Assembly (NCBI GenBank): GCA_943704425.1
Contig: CALSCP010000013.1
Coordinates: 1-64,000, forward strand
Length of the DNA: 64,000 nucleotides
Source of the DNA: Ministeria vibrans ATCC 50519
Lineage: Eukaryota > Protista > Filasterea
Reading direction: 5' to 3'
Positions 1-12,935 of this stretch are shown here, piece after piece; the first letter of the stretch is position 1, and each line of letters begins with the position of its first letter. The translations under genes and the position numbers were made by a program. The notes beneath the pieces were generated by a model. It searched no databases, was not told the DNA's origin, and was given only the letters and a program-made list of their open reading frames with translations.

Positions 1-117
1 TTTTTTTAACAATTGTATTCCCTTAATCTAATCACCTTTTTAATTTATTCTTTTTTCTCGCTTATTTATTGACAAGAAAAAAAAAAAAAAGGCTTGGGTT
101 GATTTGCCGCTCACACC

Positions 118-1059
118 ATGGGTGGAAGACAGTCACTTCCCACGGACGGGACTGTCGATCGTGTTGCTCGTGATGTAGCGAAAATGGAAATCGGTGACAC
201 TTCTCGTCGGACGGGGCGTCTGTCGATGCCGGCGCCTGCACCATCGTCCTCGGCGTCTTCGGCGTCACTGCCGTATGCCATCCATGCTTCTCGCGCGGGC
301 CCCGCCGCCCCAGCGTCCAGTGAGCGTCCAACCAGCGAGAGTTCAACGCGTCGTCCGCCTCCCTCCTCCTCCTCCGACATGCCACACCTCGCCGAAGCCT
401 GCACAGCGAACCGCCCCATTGACATGAGACGAGCCCTGCGGGGTGCACTGCAGCATGGCGGCGAGGCGCGCTCTGTGGGAAATATTGAGGACGCTTTTTC
501 TCTGGCGGTCGACCGGCGCACGCAAATGGGTGGCTACAACCGTGGCCACTTTGCGCCGCGTAGGCGAAACGGTACGGTGTTGGTGAACATGGCGTTTGCG
601 TTTCTTTTTATGGGCCAATAATTTTGTGGTTTTTTTTTTGACGTGTTTTGATGAACTTTCGTAGAAGAGCCCGTAAAGTGTCCTGTGTGTGTCGAGACGT
701 TTACCGACCCCACGCAACTGAGTGAACATTTAGTGGGGTGTCTTCCGCGTGCTGTCACCGGTTACAATGGTATCTTTGGGCGGTGTGCGTGAGTGCGCGA
801 GTGAGACTAATTATTGTGGGCATCTTGCAGAGGACGTGCTTGTCGCGGACATCCACCACGAATGTCAGATATGCTTTGAAGATATGGTTGCCGGAGAGAC
901 GACAGCGCGATTGCCGTGCCTCTGTCTTTATCACAAAGAGTACGTTTTGTGTTTTGAGTATTGTGTTACTCATAATACTAGTATTTGTCTTTTCGTCTCT
1001 CCAGTTGTATTGAATGCTGGTTCATTCGATCGCGGACATGTCCTCAGCACCCTGGCTAA
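118..1059 (+). CDS. ZNRF: ZNRF1/2-like RING-H2 E3 ubiquitin ligase (4 exons: 118-571, 665-769, 831-939, 1005-1059)
   Basis: N-myristoylation-type start MGGRQS; zinc finger CPVC..EHLVGC; C-terminal RING ECQICFEDMVAGETTARLPCLCLYHKDCIECWFIRSRTCPQHPG* matching the ZNRF pattern (ARLPCLCIYHKxCIxxWF...CPEHP). All introns are GT-AG and keep phase. Confidence 0.9.
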
Positions 1060-1582
1060 TTCATCAAGTGTTGGTAGAGATGGCTCATACGTTTAATTAC
1101 TTTGTAAAAGAAAAATATTCACTTCATTCGAGTGACTCGACTCGCTCGAGTGTCGGCGTGCTTACTGTACCATACGCTTTTTTTTTCAACTATATTTGTG
1201 TGTTGAGATTGCGAAGACGGAAGAATGAAGATTATTATCATGATTGTATTCTTTTTGATTTATAATAATTCGGTTTGTTCCGACTCTGTATCGCACAAAC
1301 TCCGCCGACTCCATTTCCATTTCTCACACAATTTTTTTTAGCCATTGACGAATGACTATTGAGCTAAATGAGCCCACTCAGCCCAATTGCTGTATTTAAC
1401 ATTTCCCGACCATTTCCTTTATAGGAGTGTGTACGCTGATGACTTGATCGATGATACGATGTGACAATGTTTCAAATAAAATTAAAAATTAAAACGTTTC
1501 AGTTTTATTAATTTAATCGTCACGAATCCGACGCTTCCAACCACTCCACAAATCAGTTTATAGTAGATTATACATACATAGT

Positions 1583-4349
1583 ATGGGCCAGGAATCGTCA
1601 CGTCCACGCGAAAGGAGCTCTTCGCGTCGCGGCGCGAGTTCAAGTTCAAGTTCCAATCCGCCAAGCAGACGTGCCGTTGCTGAGTTGATGTTGCGACATG
1701 CTCTCACGTCGGGAATATTAGAGGGCAATGACGGCGGTGAGTCCAACGGCGAGGACGAGCAGGGGACGCTTCAACGTCGAATTTTAATGGCGCTCGCCGC
1801 CGCTGCGAGCGTCTCTCAAGCCGACGACGAACGCGGAGCAGCCGCCGAGATTAACCGTGGCGACACCAGTGTTGAGGAGGACGAACAGAGCTTGCGCAAT
1901 AGCGAGCTGCTCGCCGCGATTCGCGATGACGACGCCAACGCCCTTCGACAACACTTCGACCAAAGCAACCCTCCTGCCTTGTCCGTCACACACGTTCGCT
2001 ACGCCGCCGGCGTCGCCTCCCCCGAAGTCGTTGCCTTGCTCCTCGACCAAGGCGCCCCTGTCGAGGCGGAATCGGAGAAGAGCCAGCCTCTGCATCGCGC
2101 CGTTCGTCTTGAGAAAGTTCGCGTCGCCCAGCTTCTCCTGGCGCGCGGTGCAAGCCCCTCCCTTGCCGTCGCCGAGACGGGCTGGACCCCGCTTCACTTT
2201 TCGTCTCTCTCCGGCAACCTCGTAAGGACCATTCTCAATTCTCTCTTGGAGTGCAGAGGTTTCTGAAACAATCCCAACCATAATAATTTGTTTCAAGAAA
2301 ATTATTAATAATACTTTTCGGACGAAAGAACTCAACCCTCCCCTTTTTTTTTTTCACCTTAGGAAATTACCAAATGTCTTGTAGCAAGCATCCCCGAATG
2401 CCAAGTGGCCATGTCACGCAAGAAAGACAATTGGACGCCCGCACACATTGCTTCGCTCAACGGCTTTGCGGAAATTCTTCAGGTGTTTATTGATGCGTAT
2501 GGTGTGGGCGCTGTCTGCGACACCATTGGCACCAATGTGTTCCCGATCGATTTGGCCATGCGCAGCTTTACCGAGACTGCCCGCTCCTCGTCGCGTACCA
2601 ATTCGTGTCATGTCATGCGAACCCTCGTGCTTGCCGGCTGCCTATCCGTCTGCGACATTTCTCCGCCCCGTCGTCTCCTCGCTTACAACGCGTCGCTTGA
2701 GTCGCTCATCGTCAACGACCAGCTCGTCGACAAGGAGACGGGTGCCAAATCGGACGAGTGGCGTCGTCTCAGGGAAAAGGCTATGGCGACACCTCTAGCC
2801 GCCACGCGCTCCACTCCTCCCGACACTGCCGTGCTCCTTAGCGTGTCTCAGGCGGTGCTACTTCGTGCTCTGCATGCCAAGCTCTTCTCGGCCGTGCCCC
2901 TACTCATTGAGGAGGGTGCACCGGTAAATGTGAGCGAGGCTGTCGCATGCAAACTCATTCCCCTCTTTGCCGCCATCGAGACCAAAGACGAGTCGACGGT
3001 GCGTGCGATCCTTGCAGCGGGTGCCGACCCGGCCGCTGTCAACGACGACGGCTGGTGTGCCTTGCTGTTTTCCGTGCGTGCTGGCACCCCAGCCATTGGT
3101 CGAATGCTCATTGAGCGACTCACTTTTGCACAGTGTCGTGTCAAGGAACCCATTCATGGCTATACTCCGATGCACCTGGCTGCTGCTCATCAGGTATATT
3201 GATTGATATGCACTATTTTTTGTATTGTTTTTTGTTTTATCCTTTCTGGTCTCGTGTTGTTGTTGTTGTTGTTGTTGTTGTGTGTGTGTGTGTGGTGTAT
3301 TTTAGTACTGTCTCATAATTTTAATTGTATTTGCATTGTTTTTTTTTTTCTTTTTAATTTCTTTTTGTCGTGTGCCCTCTTTTTTGTTTATGAAGGATGC
3401 TTCGGTGGAGTTTTTGAGGGCGTTTCTGGACAAGTTTGGGGGCAAGATTATGAACGTGGCGACGAACAGCGGAAGCACACCGTTTGCCATGGCGTGTCAA
3501 CGGGCAGACGAGGAGATGATGGAACTGATGCTTGGGGCAGATGGTGTGACGGTGGCGACTCGCGATGAAGATGGCGCCACGCCTCTGCATTACGTGGCGG
3601 TGGACACTGCGCGCAAGTATCTCATTGAAGTGATAGGGGCGGGCGGCGGCGGTCGTGAAGATTCCCTCGTTCAACGCTTTTTGCCCATGGAGAAATTGGT
3701 GCGGCGTGGGGCTTTGGTGGACGTGGCTAACGACGAAGGACATTCAGCGTTGGATTTGGTGCCGGATTCTGTGGCTGAGCGACTGAGGGGTCTTGTGGCG
3801 GAACGAAATGTGGGCGTCATCCACGCTAACACCTGTTGTCGCGGGTGTCTGGCATCGCCCATGACTGGCACGCGCTGGCAATGCACCACTTGCTATGAGG
3901 TACTCTGTGCTGCATGTGTTGCTGCCGAAGATCACGATCATGCGGTGTTTGAGCCTCTGCCGGATTCGGCGAGACCCGGCGAGCGTGTGCGACCGCGAGA
4001 GTCAGAAGACGACGAAGAGCCTGCGAGGCAACTGTCGACGGAAGGAACACCTACCTCGGTTGCAATGGGTGGTGGAGAAGCAGCAGCAGCCGTAGCAGCA
4101 GCAGCAGCTATGGAAGTGGAGAAAAAGGAGAGGGAGGAGGAGGATGAGGCAGCGGCGGAGAAAAACGAGCCGGCGCGCAAACGATTGCGAGGGGGCGTTA
4201 TTGACTGTGTCGTGTGTTTGCAGGACGGCGCTCCCGTCTTGCTTATGCCATGCCGTCACTTGAACGTCTGTGGTGACTGTGCTTTGCGCGTCACGACCTG
4301 TCCAACCTGTCGGAAACCCATTGCGGACCGTATTTCCGTTTACCTGTGA
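1583..4349 (+). CDS. Ankyrin-repeat + ZZ zinc finger + C-terminal RING-HC protein, Mind bomb-like E3 (approx. exons 1583-2221, 2363-3193, 3396-4349)
   Basis: Several ankyrin motifs (GWTPLHFS, GYTPMHLAA, GATPLHY); ZZ finger HANTCCRGC..GTRWQCTTCYEVLCAAC..HDH; RING CVVC..LLMPCRHLNVCGDCALRVTTCPTCRKPI. Confidence 0.85.
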
Positions 4350-4460
4350 GAAAAAGTGTGCGCGAGCAAGAAAGTGAACATACCATCTTTTTAATTCAAC
4401 TGAGTTGTTTGTTTTAATGGCTTATCACTAATGACTAATCTTTTTCTTGTTCGTTTCCAC

Positions 4461-6135
<1,675 letters not shown>

Positions 6136-6218
6136 TTAGAAGAGCAATATTCAAAATGAAACTTAAATTTTTATTGAGTATTTTTTTTCTCATTTTTAAT
6201 CTCATTCACATTTGCCTT

Positions 6219-7495
6219 ATGTCTCGTTTACACCTGCTGTTCTGTGAGAGTTGTAAGGACACAAGAGGGAGAATGATGCGGTGGTCAATGCGTGCCGTCT
6301 GTAGTGAAGGAGGGCGGCTCAACCGACCTGCTGACCCAAGAGGGGCTGGCGGACGCGTACCACCGATATTGCCAGTCCGAGGTAGGCGCCCCGTGTGTGC
6401 ACTGTCGAGGCCGTGTCGTATGTTGACCTTCGCAATAAGCAGATTGAGCCGTCGATGGCAGCGTTGGTGCCGACCATCCCCGACAACGACGTCGTGCCCT
6501 TGCCGGCCAGCAGCCTCAAGGCGCTCATTGATCAGCCGCCCATTGGAGGGCGCTCCATCGAGCCACTCTCGGCCGATGCTATTCGACGCGCATTCACTCT
6601 CAAGCCCGGCAGCGTAGCGTCGAACACAAAAGCACAACAGTTCATTGAAAAGACTCGTCTTGTGTTTTGCAGACACCCAATGTGTACCTGACACAGGCTG
6701 AGCCGATTCGGCGCGCAGAGCAAGAAAAGGTCACTCGCCGACTGGCACGAGAGGAGGCGGTGATGGCCGCGGCGGAGATGAAGGCCAAAGGGGCCACTGT
6801 GTCGGTGACGCACATCGGACCGACGCGCACGCTCACAGAGACAGTTACGTCGTCCAAAAGCAGAAAAAAGGTATGTTTCATGTCATATTATGTCACATGT
6901 TTGTACATGTGTGTATCTTGAGGGAAGATTAGAAGGTCGCGAGAGACACTCCACTCTCACTACTTGTACTACTTCCCAAGAATCAATCGCCCCACTTTTT
7001 TTTCTTCTTTTTCTTTGTCTCCATCTGTGGTTTTTCTGTGCTTGTGTTTTCTCGTGTGTACTTTTTACTTGTTTCTGTTGCTTCCTTCTCTTCTCTGTTC
7101 CTCTTTCTCTCTCTCATTTGTTTGTTCGCCTTGGACTGTTTGAGCAAACGAGTGAGCAATCACTTTCGGTTGTTGCTCCAGTTTCATTAGTGTGACAAAA
7201 TGAGAAGCAGAGCTTAAGGAATTGGGATGGAGGGGAAGAGATAAAATAGGTGATAAAGTCGCATACGAGAGAGAAACAGCAAGAAAGAAAGAGAGAGAGA
7301 GAGATGGAGAGAGGGGGGTGACTCTGTGCTTCAGGAGAGAGGCTGTTCGAGGATCCGTGTTTGGACTTCTTTCTACACTCACAGGGAAATACCGAAACTC
7401 ACCACTTACTCACTTGCGTGATTACATAAATTATCATTTAGAAACGAGAAGGAGATGGAGCGGGGGGGAATGCGCCAAAACGAGCAAAAAAGTGA
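6219..7495 (+). CDS. MED19: Mediator subunit MED19 (last exon 7442-7495 is tentative)
   Basis: Spliced product MSRLHLLFLKEGGSTDLLTQEGLADAYHRYC..SSLKALIDQPPIGGRSIEPLS..AFTLKPG follows the MED19 pattern GSTNL...L..AY.KFC...SSLRSLIEKPPI...F.L..G, with a basic tail KREGDGAGGNAPKRAKK*. Confidence 0.8.
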
Positions 7496-7596
7496 GAATG
7501 AATGTGTGTATGTAAGGTATATTTACAATACAAATAATTAATAATGTATGTAAGATGATAATATTCAAATGATTTTGGCAAGTACAAAACAATTCA

Positions 7597-7991
7597 TCAA
7601 TCGTCGCGATAAAGTGAGTTTCGTTGCTTCAAGAGCATTGCGTCCAGACCCGACTCAATGGGATCATCATCTTCTGTTGTGTGTGCTTTACGTGGAAGGC
7701 AGCATAGACAGCTCTCGCGAGTGCGCTTGACGTCGGGCGGTGCCGAGTGTGGCAGACGGTGGCCCTGCCGACGCACCCACGAGTCATATACAAGATTGGC
7801 ACACACAAAGGTAACCAGAAGATGTGCCCATTCCTGTAATAGCATATTATTATAGTGCATCTCTGTATTGTACGGTGCGCGTGTGGGTGTGTTTGTGCGT
7901 ACGGCGAACCCAAGGACACCGCCAAAGTTGGCCAGCACGTCGCCCCATGTTTTCGAGACACGTTGCTCAAACTCGGTTACAAACCTGTACG

Positions 7992-8077
<86 letters not shown>

Positions 8078-8515
8078 CGATGTTTGTTTCGCAAAAAAAA
8101 AACAGACACACAGAAACGCGAAAGGGGTGGGTTTACGTTGTGCTGTAAGTGAACATGAGCTGAACGGACGCACGGTTCCCGTCGACCGCGGCCGATGTGG
8201 GAACACTGAAAGACAAAGTAACAGTCAGAAAGAGAGACGAGAGACAGAGAGTGTGTCTGAGTGGATGAGACTGAGACAGAAGTGTCTTACGCTTGGAAGA
8301 TGGATTCTTGGTCACCATTGTGAAATGTCCTACGCTCCTTTGAGACAACGACAAGAGTGTCCATTCGAGTGGAGAAGGCTGAGAAAAAAAAAACAATTTC
8401 TCTCTAATGTTACGCACTCTATCACTTTGTTTCTTCCCTATCAATCATTTTGTTTTTCTTCTTCGCTATCAATCATTTTGTTTCCTTCTCCTCTCTCTCT
8501 ATCACTTTCTTTCCT

Positions 8516-8607
<92 letters not shown>

Positions 8608-9569
8608 CACTTTGTTTTTTCTCCCTCCTCTCTGTATCACTTTGTTTCTTTCTCCCTCCTCTCTCTCTATCACTTTGTTTCTTTCTCCCTCCTCTCTCTA
8701 TCACTTTGTTTCTTTCTCCCTCCACTCTCTCTCTCGTACCAAAGAAGAAGTCGGGCGTAAAAAACGCTGAGGACGTGTCGAATTTGTCCAGCTCCGTGTC
8801 AAGTAAGTGAACAGGTGCCCACAGAGCACTTGTTCTGTCAAAGAGCAAAGTTCAGTTGCAATACCGAAAGGTTTCGGATTCCTTACGAAATTGCCACCTT
8901 TGACGCAACAAACTCCACAATCATTCGAGAAAAGTTTCTACAGCACAAGATAAGTTAGCAGCACGACTCAACATGAAAAAAAAAAAGATGAGAGAGACAT
9001 CAGTTGTACCCCGACGCCGATGGCTACACACAAGCAAGGCGAGAAAGAGACTGTTAGAGTGACATTGCTACCATGAGACCATACCTCTGTCGCGGTGGCA
9101 AGGACGCTCTCGTTGCTGCGCACATTGAAGCCATAGCAGGGCCCGCCCAGCCGGTGGTCGCGGTACTTCCACTGGACGGCGCTGCACGGCTCGCCCGCAG
9201 TGTAGTCTGTGTTGTAGAAGCGACAGACGGGAATGCCCAGCGACCCGCCATTCGCGTCGCCGTTGATGGGGCACATGACAACCCCTGGAAAGGGAACGCG
9301 GTCTGACTCGTTGATGGTCGATATCCAGGTGGGATTGCGGTACGCTGCGAAGGAACACAAATTCAAAAACAATCGCGACTTACTCGTTTTTCAATGTTAC
9401 ATTCAATAGACTGAGATATGTCCAAAGTAAGATAAATGGCCAGACCCACGATCAGCGCGGCCCACAGAAGCAACGAGAAGAACGCCTTGTTGCGTTTTAC
9501 GCCTGGCTTTTGCTCCTCTTCCGTCAGGCACGAGCGGATGCAGAAACAGCTCGCAATTGCATTTCCCAT
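7597..9569 (-). CDS. Two-TM ion channel of the PAC(TMEM206)/DEG-ENaC fold, about 354 aa, 9 exons including a 14-nt microexon
   Basis: Exons 9569-9401, 9344-9085, 9023-9010, 8937-8887, 8834-8740, 8378-8291, 8205-8137, 7984-7903 and 7833-7597 join in frame (1065 nt). TM1 FFSLLLWAALIVGLAIYLTL; post-TM1 YRNPTW..DRVPFPGVVMCP; pre-TM2 FVTEFEQRVSKTWGDVLANFGGVLGFAEWAHLLVTFV. Confidence 0.7.
8415..8735. repeat. Intronic (CT)n microsatellite with interspersed CTATCACTTTGT minisatellite units
   Basis: Read directly from the sequence; same unit as 24001-24250. Confidence 0.9.
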
Positions 9570-9780
9570 CCCTATGTTGTGTGATCACTGATCTGCGTCA
9601 ACTCCAATGCAACAAACGAGAAGAATAATAAAACTGACAACGATAGGGGAAAAATAATAAGACAAAAAACTAAAAAAGATTCAAGTCAAATATTATCTTA
9701 TTCAAATATTACTACGTTTGTTATTTTACTCAAAAGAAATGTACAGTGAAGAATGAATACAAGAGAAACGACTTGTTCAG

Positions 9781-11460
9781 TTAGAGAGAGAGAAAGTGAA
9801 CGCAGTTTGCGTCGGTGGCGTAGACAAGGAGTGGAAGAGATGGGTGAAAGGCTATGGAAGAAATGGGCATGCGTTCGTCAAGATGGACAAGCGGTACTGT
9901 GGTGGTGGTGGCGGAGGTGAGGAGGCAGTCGGTGCGCGTGAGCTGCAAACGCCCTTGCTCGGCGTGTCCGAGAGCAAGGAGGTCCAAGGATGGGCTGAGG
10001 GCTGCAGTCGTGGACGGGAGAGTGTCGAGAGAGAAAACGCGAGAGAGCACAGGCACTGCTGCACTCGTGTACCTGATCATGAACAGATGAAAGGGTGTTT
10101 CGGGGACGGTGGGTGTTTCCACCAATATATACAGATGATGGTGCTCTTGGTGTTGTTGTCGAGGTTGGGGCTGGACTTCTTCGATTGGATCGATATGGGC
10201 TGAGCGGAGGTGAAAGGGCATGGGCAAGTACAGCGCGGGATGTAGTGGAAGGTGAAAGAGACGCTTCGATGTGCGGATGTTGATCAGGATGAGTTCTTGA
10301 CGATGAGACAGGCTCCCTTTGCATGCCTTGTCATCGTCGTTAAGCTGTTGAACAAACACTAGTTGGTGTGGTTGTCCACTCACTAAGGCCATGCTGACAA
10401 CCTTGCCCTGAGAAGGCAATTCGGCGCGCGCCTGCAATCTCTCGTACGGCACACTGTCGGCGTGGGACCAGTCCCAACGATAAAGTTTTCCGCTCGCCGA
10501 CAAAGCCACAATGCAACCGTCGTCGGTGGCAAACACTTGGCGAAAGGATCCGTCGTCGGGCGACGCAAGAGGCGTATCTACGCCACCGCTTGCAATGTTC
10601 AGGACACGCAAGCAACTGAACTCGTCAAGCGCGACAGTCATTGGATCGGGTGTGCACGCGTACACAACGACAGTGTCATTGAGCAAAAAGGACGCATCGT
10701 GGGCGTGTGTTGCACCGCCGCCACCCAGACTGCGCGCAGCGAGTGACCAGGGTACGGCACGCTGCAACTGAGCGGACGGTTCGTGTCGATCAAACACACG
10801 AATTCCCGTCGCCATGCACACACACACGCGCGGACGTGACTTGGCACACACAATACGATCCACACTGCGTCCCATGTCAAGACAGCCTGTCTGGTGGAGC
10901 TGTAACAGTCGAGGTTCGATACGCAACGGTCCGTGCGCGGCACACTGCCGTTTGAATACGGGTGAGGGCTGTGCAGACGCCGACGAAGACGGCGGTGTTG
11001 AGGCAGGCATGTCTTCTTCTTCTTCTTCTTCTTCTTCTGCGGCAGGCAATGTGGTGGACGTGGGGAGGGTGGTTGTTGAGGCGGGGGCTGGGGCGGGCGT
11101 GCGTTTCTTCGATGGTTGAGGAAAGCCAGCGACGAACACACCGCCAAGCAACGGCGATTGGCTCTCCTCTGCGACCGACGCGCAGGGGGACGCGCAGGAG
11201 GTGTTTGAGACGGAGGAGGGGCTGCGCGAAGAAGTGGGCGGCGGTGAAGTGGGCAGGGGACGGTGTGTCGCGCTCGCGTTCAACGCGTTCGACGCGCCCG
11301 ACGCGTTCGACGCGCTTCGTCTCGTCAGCTTCTTCTTCAGCAGTGCCGCTTCCCGACGAAGCTTGTCTTCCATTTGTCTCAAGTCGGCATCGCTTTTGCT
11401 GGCATGGAGCTTTTTCAGCGTCTCCTTGTCGGCCGTGACTACTTTGCCTGCGCGTTTCAT
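9781..11460 (-). CDS. Intronless protein with N-terminal coiled coil, low-complexity linker and C-terminal WD40-like propeller; candidate PALB2-like
   Basis: Long ORF with a likely ATG at 11460 (MKRAGK). Basic heptad region, then an S/P/T/E-rich linker, then about 360 aa of beta-strand repeats ending ISSIAFHPSLPLLVYATDANCVHFLSL. Confidence 0.65.
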   Translation of the reverse strand: MKRAGKVVTADKETLKKLHASKSDADLRQMEDKLRREAALLKKKLTRRSASNASGASNALNASATHRPLPTSPPPTSSRSPSSVSNTSCASPCASVAEESQSPLLGGVFVAGFPQPSKKRTPAPAPASTTTLPTSTTLPAAEEEEEEEEDMPASTPPSSSASAQPSPVFKRQCAAHGPLRIEPRLLQLHQTGCLDMGRSVDRIVCAKSRPRVCVCMATGIRVFDRHEPSAQLQRAVPWSLAARSLGGGGATHAHDASFLLNDTVVVYACTPDPMTVALDEFSCLRVLNIASGGVDTPLASPDDGSFRQVFATDDGCIVALSASGKLYRWDWSHADSVPYERLQARAELPSQGKVVSMALVSGQPHQLVFVQQLNDDDKACKGSLSHRQELILINIRTSKRLFHLPLHPALYLPMPFHLRSAHIDPIEEVQPQPRQQHQEHHHLYILVETPTVPETPFHLFMIRYTSAAVPVLSRVFSLDTLPSTTAALSPSLDLLALGHAEQGRLQLTRTDCLLTSATTTTVPLVHLDERMPISSIAFHPSLPLLVYATDANCVHFLSL

Positions 11461-11712
11461 AAAAGAATAAAAAAAATAGTAAAAATATGAAATGTGAATA
11501 CGAGTAATGAATAATGCGAACAATGCATAACGTCTGGCGATATGACGATTGATCGGCTGAGTGGCACAACTAAGCGCTTGTGCGGCTGTGCGACCAACTC
11601 AAACGTTGCAGTGACATTCCAAACTGTGTGTGTGTGGGACCCCGCCAGAATTTTAGTGTTTCAGCGACTAAAGAAGTGAACTCTGTCCATCTAACGTTGC
11701 TACACTGAAATT

Positions 11713-12702
<990 letters not shown>

Positions 12703-12935
12703 TTAGACTGTCAACTGAGTCTACTTCCACTACGTACAGCAACAATACAAGAACAAAAACAATTTTGTCTAATTTTTTGATTTTTTGTCGTGTTCTTTTC
12801 CTATAATGAATGTGAGTAGAGAGACATGCCACTTATTACTTGAGATAGTATTATTTTTTTGTTTATATCACTTGTGCGTCACGTTGGTTTCTTTGAATTC
12901 TCCATCCCCTGCCATTGCAGCTCTAACCTCATAGA

